Shown in pieces: positions 9,147-19,149 of a stretch of DNA of 19,493 nucleotides (within the stretch, counting starts at the first letter, position 1; each line of letters opens with the position of its first letter). The position numbers were made by a program, and so were the translations under genes. The stretch is taken from contig NW_021824459.1 of NCBI RefSeq assembly GCF_006345805.1, positions 1-19,493 on the forward strand, in the 5' to 3' direction. The notes under the pieces are model-generated. The model saw nothing but the letters and a program-made list of their open reading frames with translations. It was not told the origin of the DNA and did not search any database. Origin of the DNA: Octopus sinensis. Its lineage: Eukaryota.

Positions 9147-9360
9147 TAACGAGCTGGCCGATTCGGTTAGCACGCCGGCCATTATTCTTCGTGGCAAATT
9201 CGTTCTGTAAGTCTTTCCGTTCTGAGTTCAAACTCCGCCGAGTTCGTATTTGACCTTTCATCCTTTCGGGGGTCTATAAAATGAGTACCAGTCACGTTTT
9301 GTGATCGATATAATCAAATAGCCCCCCCCCGCCGCCTCATCAAAATTGATGGTCTTGTTT
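9147..9360 (+). mobile_element. Family C tRNA-derived SINE, diverged monomer
   Basis: GAGCTGGCCGATTCGGTTAGCACGCCGG head, GAGTTCAAACTCC B box, CCTTTCATCCTTTCGGGG core shared with the 9466-10635 array. Confidence 0.85.
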
Positions 9361-9465
9361 TCTGCCTGTAGCGGAAAGACTTATTTTGGAGATATTGGTG
9401 GTGTGAAGGTGCCGTGAGGCCGAATCGTTAAGAAGTTCGCTTCACAACCACGAAAAAGAGAGAAA

Positions 9466-10635
9466 GGGCAGCCATTTTGAGGGGTAGGGGATAAGTCGAT
9501 TACATCGATCCAGTATATCACTGGTACTTAATTTATCGACCCTGAAAAAAAATGAAAGGCAAAGTCGACCTCGGCGGAATTTGAACTCAGAACGTAGCGG
9601 CAGACGAAATACTTATTTCTTTATTACCCACAAGGGACTAAACACAGAGGGGACAAATAAGGAGAGACAAACAGATTAAGTCGATTACATCGATCCCAGG
9701 GCGTAATTGGTATTTAATTTATCGACCCCGAAAGGATGAAAGGCAAAGTCGACCTCGACGGAATTTGAACTCAGAACGTAGCGGCAGAAGAAATACCTAT
9801 TTCTTTACTACCCACAAGGGGCTAAACACAGAGAGGACAAACAAGGACAGACAAACGGATTAAGTCGATTATATCGACCCCAGTGCATAACTGGTACTTA
9901 TTTAATCGACCCCGAAAGGATGAAAGGCAAAGTCGACCTCGACGGAATTTGAACTCAGAACGTAACGACAGACGAAATACCGCTAAGCATTTCGCCCGGC
10001 GTGCTAACGTTTCTTATTTCATTATTACCCACAAGAGGCTAAACATAGAGGGGACAAACAAGGACAGACAAACGGATTAAGTCGATTACATCAGCCCCAA
10101 TGTGTAACTGGCACTTAATTTATCGACCCCGAAAGGATGAAAAGCAAAATCGACCTCGACGGAATTTGAACTCAGAACGTAGCGGCAGAAGAAATACCTA
10201 TTTCTTTACTACCCACAAGTGGCTAAACACAGAAGGGACAAACAAGGAGAGACAAACGGATTAAGTCGATTACAGTGCGTAACTGGTACTTAATTTATCG
10301 ACCCCGAAAGGATGAAAGGCAAAGTCGACCTCGGCGGAATTTGAACTCAGAACGTAACGGCAGACGAAATACCGCTAAGCATTTCGCCCGGCGCGCTAAC
10401 GTTTCTTATTTCTTTTTTGCCCACAAGGGGCTAAACATAGAGAGGACAAACAAGGAAAGACAAAGGGATTAAGTCGATTACATCAGCCCCAATGCGTAAC
10501 TGGTCCTTAATTTATCGATCCCGAAAGGGATGAAAGGCAAAGTCGACCTCGGTGGAATTTGAACTCAGAACGTAACGACAGACGAAATACTGCTAAGAAT
10601 TTCGCCCGGCGTGCTAACGTTTCTGCCAGCTCGCC
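9466..10635 (-). repeat. Head-to-tail array of six family C SINE cores
   Basis: AAAGTCGACCTC marker at 9561, 9745, 9929, 10146, 10321, 10539 (periods 184, 184, 217, 175, 218). One complete head at the right end, SINE tail at the left end. Confidence 0.93.
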
Positions 10636-11029
10636 GCCACCCCTTTAGCAAAGTTACTAATAAAGCTATAATTAACACACTTGGAATCACTGCCATTCAA
10701 AGTTCCACAAACGACCAAACACTCTCGTTAACACGATTCATATACCACAAACCCTACAGCTCACACAAGTATATCACCTTTTCGAATGAATAAATAAATA
10801 AATAAATAGCCTACACTACACAATTTCTCGTTATAAACTAGGTAACATATACTCCGATAAAGAAAAACTACCACCGACATCACCACCACCGCCACCACGC
10901 ACACACATACCACATATTTTTATGGATCAACGATATTGTCTGAAAATATCTATTTACATCTTGGCGGATCTAACCGTTCGTATACGACTTGCTATATTTA
11001 GATCCAATTATTATCGCGGTCTCTTGTTG

Positions 11030-11240
11030 TCTGTTGTGGTTGTTGTTGTTGTTAATGTTGTCGTAGTCGTCGTCGTCGTCGTCGTCATCGTCGTCGTTGT
11101 TGTTATTGTTGCTGCGGTTGCTGCTGCTGCCGCCGCTATTGCTGCTGCCGCCGCTCTATTGCTGCTGTCTCCGCTGTATCCGCCGTCGTCACCGACGTCG
11201 CCTCCACCTCCGCCGCCGCCGCCGCTGCTGCTGTTGTTTC
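11030..11240. repeat. Compound GC-rich trinucleotide tract (GTT/GTC/GCT/GCC)
   Basis: Seen directly. Confidence 0.9.
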
Positions 11241-11302
11241 GTCTCTAGTCGTCTCACCTCGAACACAGACTTACCAGTCTGTGACCATTATCGCCGCACG
11301 CT

Positions 11303-11410
11303 TGGCTGTGAGGTTAAGAAGTTCGCTTCGCAACGACTCGGAATCAGGGTTCAGTCACATTGCGCAGCACCTTGGACAAGAGTCCTTCTACTAAAGCGCC
11401 GGAGTGACCA
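11303..11410 (+). mobile_element. Degraded family B-like SINE head
   Basis: GGCTGTGAGGTTAAGAAGTTCGCTT...GGGTTCAGTCAC...GCACCTTGGACAAGAGTCCTTCTACTA. Confidence 0.65.
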
Positions 11411-11699
11411 ATATCATGTTATAAAAAAAGCATAACTTATGAATATTCATTTGTTGCTAAAATATATGCAAGCATGCAAATGGCATTCTAATAACAAGAT
11501 TATTTTTTAAAAATTTGACATTCCTAGGGCATGATAAAACAACGACCAGTCAAATTCTGGGATCGATGTAATGACTAGCTCCCTGCCCAAAATATTTCAG
11601 GCTTTGTGCCTATAGTAGACAGGGAGATTAAGGGAGATTTGGTTGTTATTTTGCCATTTGCCAAGAAAAGTAAAACACTCAATAAAAAAATTCATGATA

Positions 11700-12147
11700 G
11701 GCGCAGGAGTGGCTGTATGGTAAGTATAGGCACCGGAGTGGGTGTGTGGTAAGTAGCTTGCTTACCAGCCACATGGTTCCGGGTTCAGTCCCACTGCGTG
11801 GCATCTTGGGAAAGTGTCTTCTACTATAGCCTCGGGCCGACCAAAGCCTTGTGAGTGGATTTGGTAGAGGGAAACTGAAAGAAGCCCGTCGTATATATGT
11901 ATATATACATATGTATGTGTTTGTATATGTTGGTGTGTTTGTGTTTGTCTCCCCCCCCCACCATCGCTTGACAACCGATGCTGGTGTGTTTACGTCCCCG
12001 TAACTTAGCGGTTCGGCAAAAGATACCGATAGAATAAGTACTAGGCTTGCAAAGAATAAGTCCTGGGATCGATTTGCTCGACTAAAGTCGGTGCTCCAGC
12101 ATGGCCGCTGTCAAATGACCGAAACAAGTAAAAGGGAGTAAAGAGAG
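11700..12147 (+). mobile_element. Family B SINE, full length, with duplicated 5' end
   Basis: GGCGCAGGAGTGGCTGTATGGTAAGTA occurs twice (11700, ~11729), then B-box-like GGGTTCAGTCCC and the full body and tail. Confidence 0.95.
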
Positions 12148-12433
12148 TATGTATTCTTATACATATCGTTGCACATCAAGATACATTCACGTTTACTTAA
12201 ATGATAAACTTCTGTAAAATTACACCGATTTTTATATTTCCAGTGATGTCTTCGATTTGTAATCTTCGAATCAGCTTTCTCCTTTCTGGTTTTAAGAAGT
12301 CTAATTTCTCAAAATTGGCACTTACGCAGTGTGTTACATATCTCAGTGTCCCGATAATTACAGGCATAAACTTGGACTTGTAATCTAGGTAGACTAACTG
12401 TGGATTTCGTATGTATCTATGTATATTAACCAA
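12148..12433 (-). pseudogene. R4/Dong-type non-LTR retrotransposon 3' fragment (C-terminus), subfamily 2
   Basis: ORF 12197-12433 contains YLDYKSKFMPVIIGTLRYV...LQIEDITGNIKIGVILQKFII*, homologous to 12736-13075 and 14731-14955. Confidence 0.75.
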
Positions 12434-12626
12434 TGATAAATCTCAGAGCGAGTTATAAACAGTAGCGGTAACACATCATGACACATATTTGCCATTTGAA
12501 TATGGCTAACCCCTAAGGGTGGATGCTACTGTAGTTTGTAGCCCCAGGAAGATACCTCCTCCAGCTGGCTATAGACACACTTTCTGTGACCTATCAGTAT
12601 TTGTGAAGGGAAGTCATCCTTCCTCC

Positions 12627-13076
12627 TATGTATATTGTTCTCTTTTAATTATCTAAATTCTTTCTTTCAAGATGGAACTGGTTTCGAACAAAGGTACAAA
12701 GCTCCGTCGTTCCAATGTAGATTATGAAAACAATGTCACATTTTAAACCTGAGTAAAGTCATGCATACTTTTACTGTTCCGCTTACAGATTCTACTTGTA
12801 ATGCGTAAAGCATTCGGTTGATATCTTTTTCTGAAAATTCAAACTCGTGCAGACCGATAGTTAGGCATATACTTACACTACCAAGAGCACCAATTATTAT
12901 TGGTATAAATGTAAATTTGTAATCTGGATATTGAGGCTGGAGGCTTCGAAACAGTGGTCCATAGTTATATTCTTTCGCTTTGGTTTTCAAAGAGATATTC
13001 GCGTTACCAGAGCAGCTGACCTCGATAACAGTAGATACAATGTTTTTGTCTGTCCCAAACAGCAATATCCGCCTTG
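12627..13076 (-). pseudogene. R4/Dong-type non-LTR retrotransposon 3' fragment with restriction-like endonuclease remnant
   Basis: Frameshifted KADIAVWDRQK + VIEVSCSGNANISLKTKAKEYNYGPL...IPIIIGALG...LQVESVSGTVKVC...FKM*. Matches the PD..(D/E)xxxP..K..KY..VPVVIGALG pattern of RLE-class elements. Clade assignment is from memory. Confidence 0.8.
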
Positions 13077-13084
13077 TGTGTATG

Positions 13085-13118
<34 letters not shown>

Positions 13119-13728
13119 TGTATGTATGTATGTATGTATGTATGTATGTATGCATGTATGTATGCATGTATGTATGTATGCATGTATGCATGTATGTATG
13201 CATGCATGTATGTATGTATGTATGTATGTATGTATGTATGTATGTATGCATGTATGTATGTATGTATGCATGTATGTATGCATTTATGTATGTATTTATG
13301 TATGTATTTATGTATGCGTGTATGTATGCATATATGTATGTATGCATGTATGTATGTGTTTATGTATGCATGTATGTGTATATGTGTATGTATGTGATTA
13401 TTTATACGTATGTATGCGTATATATGTATGTGTATGTATGTATATATGCATGTATGTATGTAAATGTATTATGCGTATGTTTGTACGTATGTATGCGTAT
13501 ATATGTATGTGTATGTATGTACGTATGTATGTGTGAATGTGTGTATATATGTATGTGTGAGTGTGTGTATGTATGTATGTATGTATGTATGTATGTATGT
13601 GCATATGCGTGTATGTATGTGTGTATGTATGTGTATGTGTATGTGTGTGCCTGTATGTATGTATGTATGTATGTATGTATGTATGTGTGTATGTATGTGT
13701 ACGTGTGTCTGTATGTATGTATGTATGT
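13076..13728. repeat. Long compound (TATG)n microsatellite
   Basis: Seen directly; lies between two R4/Dong fragments. Confidence 0.97.
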
Positions 13729-13870
13729 TCTCTTCTGCTTTTAATTATTTGAATTCCTCTTCCGAGGAAGGAACTGGTTTCTAACAAAGATGATGCAAAG
13801 CTCCACCGTTGGAATGTAGATAAGAAAAACAAAAATCACATTTTAAACTTGAGAAAAATATTTGTTTCAG
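13729..13870 (-). mobile_element. R4/Dong-type 3' end (last codons plus 3' UTR)
   Basis: Aligns with 12640-12770; minus strand reads TNIFLKFKM*. Confidence 0.75.
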
Positions 13871-13908
13871 CCAGGATCATGTTAGCGAAATTCCACGTGG
13901 TATTCTTC

Positions 13909-14324
13909 TTATTCTTTTATTCTTTTACTTGTTTCAGTCATTTGACTACGGCCATGCTGGAGCACCGCCTTTTAGTCGAGCAAATCGACACCGGGACTTA
14001 TTCTTTTGTAAGCCCAGTACTTATGCTATCGGTCTCTTTTGCCGAACCGCTAAGTTACGGGGACATAAACACACCAGCCTCGGTTGTCAAGCAATGCTAG
14101 GGGGACAAACACAGACACACAAACACATACACACACACACACATATATATATGTATATATACGACAGGCTTCTTTCAGTTTCCGTCTACCAAATCCACTC
14201 ACAAGGCATTGGTCGGCCCGGGGCTATAGCAGAAGACACTTTCCCAAGGTGCCACGCAGTGGGACTGAACCCGGAACCATGTGGTTGGTTAGCAAGCTAC
14301 TTACCACACAGCCACTCCTGCGCC
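13909..14324 (-). mobile_element. Family B SINE, full length
   Basis: Inverted homologue of 11700-12147; head ends GCCACTCCTGCGCC. Confidence 0.95.
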
Positions 14325-14493
14325 AAAAAATAATGTGTATTTTTTTTTTTAAATCCGGTCGGAATAATACTTTAGGCTGGCGGAGTCTATATAAGTGTTG
14401 AAGAAAATGCTGGAAAAAGAAATTTTGAACGTTGCTCCACGTCTGCACCCTCTGCACGTCCGATGTTTACGGCACCATATTGTATCTACGCCT

Positions 14494-14955
14494 GCATGTA
14501 TACCATCAATAGTTTTATTTCAAGATTTCTTGCCAATAAAGAGCCGGTTTCTAACCCAGAGCCAACGCTCCTTCATTGGAATTTCACCAACATCGACACG
14601 ATATTTTTGCATGTATGTATATGTATGTGTGTGCAATATTTGGAATCAATGCATATGCAGATTTGTACGTAACCTTTTATGCATGTATTTTCATGCACAT
14701 AGTTGCATGTCTACGCATGCGCACATGTACTTAAATGACAAACTTCTGGAAGGTTTTACAAATTTTTTAAGTTCCAGTCATAGTTTGGATCTATATTCTT
14801 CTACTTAGCATTCTCCTTTGTGGTTTTCTGAAGCCTAATTTCTCGAGATTGGCGCCTAGACAGTTTGTAACACATCCCAGTGCCTCAATAATTACAGGTA
14901 TAGATCTGAGCTTGTAACCGCTGGAGAGTAACTAATAATTTCTCAATAGTTCAGC
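14494..14955 (-). pseudogene. R4/Dong-type 3' fragment with in-frame stops plus 3' UTR, subfamily 2
   Basis: 14955-14731 translates AELLRNY*LLSSGYKLRSIPVIIEALGCVTNCLGANLEKLGFRKPQRRMLSRRI*IQTMTGT*KICKTFQKFVI*. Confidence 0.8.
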
Positions 14956-15063
14956 GTATGTGTTTTCTTTATCGCTGATCTTTATGTTAACATCCGCTGG
15001 GCAGCTGATTTCCACAACTGTACACAATTTCCCCATACGTATGTATGTATGCATGCATGTGTG

Positions 15064-15279
15064 TATTATTTATTTAGGCACCCTTTTCAAGCCTAGCCAG
15101 GCTCATGGGCCCGGTTTCCCGGTTTCTATGGCGTATGCCCCCCCCCCCCAGCTGGACGGGACGCCAGTCCATCGCAAGCTATAGTAGAAGACACTTATCC
15201 AAGGTGCCACGCAGTGGGACTGAACCCGGAACCATGTGGTTGGTAAGCAAGCTACTTACCACACAGCCACTCCTGCGCC
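15064..15279 (-). mobile_element. Chimeric SINE: family B head joined to family A 3' body
   Basis: 15279-15178 matches the family B head; 15177-15076 matches and extends the family A body of 480-539. Confidence 0.85.
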
Positions 15280-15302
15280 TATTCACCGGAATTAAAACGC
15301 CA

Positions 15303-15357
15303 TTCTTTTATTCTTTTACTTGTTTCAGTCATTTGACTGCGGCAATGCTGGAGCACC
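15303..15357 (-). mobile_element. Family B SINE 3' tail fragment
   Basis: TTCTTTTACTTGTTTCAGTCATTTGACTGCGGCAATGCTGGAGCACC. Confidence 0.9.
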
Positions 15358-15584
15358 ATAAAAATAAAAGCAGTCTCTTTTTTTGCAAATAAACTCGGCC
15401 TCAACTGGCGCATTCGGCGCCTTTTTGCTCTAACCAAACCCCAGCAAGAGTTGAGATTTAGACACACATACCAAAAGAGTAGACAACATTTTTAGTTTAC
15501 GGTAATTTGCATAATTAAAATCGTGTGTGTGTGTGTGAGGTACTAAATGCTGAGCTCACAGTTTACTGATATCCAATAGTAGAA

Positions 15585-15590
15585 TGTATG

Positions 15591-15634
<44 letters not shown>

Positions 15635-16344
15635 TTATTCGGCGATATACGCAGGATCTGACAGACAAATTTGTACGTGTTCATATAAGTGTCTGTGGCT
15701 ATGTATGTATGTATGTATGTATGTATGTATGTATGTATGTATGTATGTATGTATGTATGTATGTATGTATATGTATGTGTGTGTGTATGTATGTATGTAT
15801 GTATGCATGTATATATATATGCGTGTGTGCGTGTGTCTATATATACAAATATGCATACACATAGAATTTATGTAAATATGCATATTTATATATATACTTA
15901 TATACATATATGTATATATATATATCTTTGTATACACACACACATATGTATATATATATACATATACGCAGAGGTGCACTAATATAATATGCTTATATTT
16001 ACACGTAAATGTGTATAAATGTATATATTTACATGTGTGTGCATACATACATACATACATGTGTGAATAAGTATGTGTTAATAGCTATGTATGTACGTAT
16101 GTATGTTTGTATGAAGGTAGGTAGATAGCTAGGTAGGTATGTAGATAGGTAGGTAGGTAAGTGGGTAGGTAGGTAAGTAGGTAGGTAGGTAGGTAGGTAG
16201 GTAGGTAGCAAGGTGTTGTATACCTACACACAGTCGCATACATACATGCATACCTGCATACGTATACATACATACATAGATACATACATACATACGTACA
16301 TACATACGTACATACATACATACATACATACATACATACATACA

Positions 16345-16375
<31 letters not shown>

Positions 16376-16523
16376 GCTTACATACGTACATACATACATG
16401 CATACATGCATTCATACATACATACATACATACATACATACATACATACTACATGCATACATACATACATATCCTTACATACGTACATACATACATTCAT
16501 ACATACATACATACATACATACA

Positions 16524-16554
<31 letters not shown>

Positions 16555-16578
16555 CCTTACGTACGTACATACATACAT
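15585..16578. repeat. Compound microsatellite tract (TG, TATG, TA, TAGG, CATA)
   Basis: Seen directly; (TAGG)n ~16110-16207 and (CATA)n ~16240-16575. Confidence 0.95.
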
Positions 16579-16872
16579 TCACAGACACGCCGCGCGTCCT
16601 TCGCGATGGTAATTGCTTCCCCACTCGCTCCCCAAACCACATCCACTTCTCATTCACCGATTCTTCCCTGGCATCATTCTTTTAACCCGTCTCTCACCAG
16701 CGTCCCGCTACTCTTATCTTTGGAGTCAGAGAATTCGGTCAGTGTCTGGAGATCGCAGAGATCCTGGCAGTGCGCCAAACTTCTGTAACCGCATCGGAAC
16801 TCTTCCACTCTGGCGTTCGCACAAGGGGTGTGTTACCGAAATAATAATAATAATGATAATAATAATAATAAT

Positions 16873-18355
16873 AATAATAATATCTTATTTCTTCTTTTGT
16901 TTTTACTTGTAAATAATAATTTTCTAACACTGATGACTCAAGACTACGAAATCGGGGAGAGTATTGTCGATGGTATCAACCTCATTATCTTACTGGTACT
17001 TTTATTTTATCGATTACGGGAAGGCGATTGGCAAAGTCCAGATCGTTGATAATCGAAATGGGTTACAGCAAATATTCTGCTCAATACCACAGATTTGCTT
17101 GTCAGTTGTTTGACCTTAACCAGTTGAGCATGTCCCTTGGAGGCTGGCGATATGTGCATCTCTGACCACGAGCAGACGTAGTTGTGGGTGGAGCCTCATG
17201 GCCGTGTGTTGGAAGGAATTCTTGGAGGTTTGGATAATTCACCTCTGGAAACATGGGTGGTTCGTTCAACATCCTTAAACAATCCTTATTCAGGGACCTT
17301 TTGAGCAGGATGGTCTACTCGACCAGAAGAAAATTCTAACTGGTCCCCACCTGCAAGGTCATGTGCTGTTTATCTTGATATGAGACCATCATGTCGAGCA
17401 CATTTGGTTATGATGTATGTGCTTGGTGTACCCTTATCAGACGGGTAGTCATGATGGGTATACTGGGCTTCGTATATTTTACCCCAGTGTTCACTTTGAT
17501 GGCATGCACTGCTCTCTCACTCAATAATAATATCTTATTTCTTCTTTTGCTTTTTACTTGTAACTAATAACAATTTTCTAACACTGATGACTCAAGACTA
17601 CGAAATGGAGAGTATTGTCGATGGTATCAACCTCATTATCTTACTGGTACGTTTATTTTATCGTTACGGGAAGGCGATTGGCAAAGTCCAGATCTTGATA
17701 ATCGAAATGGGTTATAGCAAATATTCTGCTCATACCACAGATTTGCTTGTCAGTTGTTTGACCTTAACCAGTTGAGCATGTCCCTTGGAGGCTGGCGATA
17801 TGTGAATCTCTGACCACGAGCAGACGTAGTTGTGGGTGGAGCCTCATGGCCGTGTGTTGGAAGGAATTCTTGGAGGTTGGATAATTCACCTCTGGAAACA
17901 TGGGTGGTTCGTTCAACATCCTTAAACAATCCTTATTCAGGGACCTTTTGAGCAGGATGGGCTACTCGACCAGAAGAAAATTCTAACTGGTCCCCACCTG
18001 CAAGGTCATGTGCTGTTTATCTTGATATGAGACCATCATGTCGAGCACATTTGGTTATGATGCATGTGCCTGGTGTACCCTTATCAGACGGGTAGTCATG
18101 ATGGGTATACTGGGCTTCGTATATTTTACCCCAGTGTCACTTTGATGGCATGCACTGCTCTCTCACTCAATAATAATATCTTATTTCTTCTTTTGCTTTT
18201 TACTTGTAACTAATAACAATTTTCTAACACTGACTCAAAACTACGAAGTCGGGGACAGTATTGTCGATGATATCGCCCCAGTATCTTACTGGTACCTTTA
18301 TTTTATCGACTACGGGAAGGTGATAGGCAAAGTCCAGATCGTTGATAATCGAAAT
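16873..18355 (+). repeat. X-L-X-L-X tandem structure: ~180-bp X (three copies), ~470-bp L ending in AAT repeats (two copies)
   Basis: TATCTTATTTC unit starts at 16881, 17531 and 18177 (periods 650, 646). X holds a decayed family C core; L looks like a non-coding LINE 3' end. Confidence 0.92.
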
Positions 18356-18608
18356 TAAACAACTCTGCTCTACTACCAGAGAACTGCTTATAGCAACTTA
18401 AATTTCATTGTAAATTTTTCGCACTTTTTTTTTTGCTGATGCATAGTAAATTTTCTGAAGAAATGTAAATCTCAGAGCAATTTTTTTTTTTTGCCCAAAC
18501 CGGTATTTTCAAGTAAATTTTTGTCAAAAACATAAATTTCACAAGAAATTTTTGGGACGTGCGTAAACTTCATGGTAAAATTTTCGCAGATACTAAAATT
18601 CAATGGTA

Positions 18609-19049
18609 TGTGTTTAGCCCCTTGTGGGTAGTAAAGAAATAGAAATAGGTATTTCGTCTGCCGCTACGTTCTGAGTTCAAATTCCGCCGAGGGTCGACTT
18701 TGCCTTTCATCCTTTCGGGGTCGATTAAATAAATACCAGTTACGCACTGGGGTCGATGTAATCGACTTAATCCGTTTGTCTATCATTGTTTGTCCTCTCC
18801 GTGTTTAGCCCCTTGTGGGTAGTAAAGAAATAGAAATAGGTATTTCGTCTGCCGCCACGTTCTGAGTTCAAATTCCGTCGAGGTCGACTTTGCCTTTCAT
18901 CCTTTCGGGGTCGATTAAATAAATACCAGTTACGAACTGGGGTCGATATAATCGACTTAATCCGTTTGTCCGTCTCCTCTCTGTGTTTAGCCCCTTGTGG
19001 GTAGTAAAGAAATAGGTATTTCGTTTGCCGCTACGTTCTGAATTCAAAC
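18609..19049 (+). repeat. Second head-to-tail array of family C SINE cores (~2.3 units)
   Basis: Same unit and spacer as 9466-10635 in the opposite orientation; period ~190 bp. Confidence 0.92.
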
Positions 19050-19149
19050 GTCTCTGCCAGCTCACCAACCTATTTTAATCGACCATATTGTTGAAACCTC
19101 CTGAACTCCCGAGCGGAAACCGCAACACTGTCACCGATAGCAGAGATAC

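Noticed and set aside
9466-10635. Regularly spaced repeats resembling a CRISPR array, and repeated ORFs 9883-10080 and 10275-10472
   Set aside because: Spacers are themselves repeated, units are ~180 bp with Pol III boxes, and the context is eukaryotic with no cas genes. The ORFs are antisense SINE reads.
10922-11435. ORFs with poly-V/A/P/L runs
   Set aside because: Products of a compound trinucleotide tract, with no splice signals or domain evidence.
15445-15501. 57-nt exon-like segment (CTAAC...CCCCAG / G-GTAATT)
   Set aside because: Stops in all three frames, and the branch-like A is too close to the AG.
16110-16207. (TAGG)n run as a telomere-like or G-quadruplex element
   Set aside because: Short, interrupted, embedded in a compound microsatellite and only GG runs; ordinary in this context.
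16930-16960. CTGATGA...CGAAAT hammerhead-like spacing (also at 17584)
   Set aside because: No helix II or helix I pairing, and the third X copy lacks the motif (CTGACTC).
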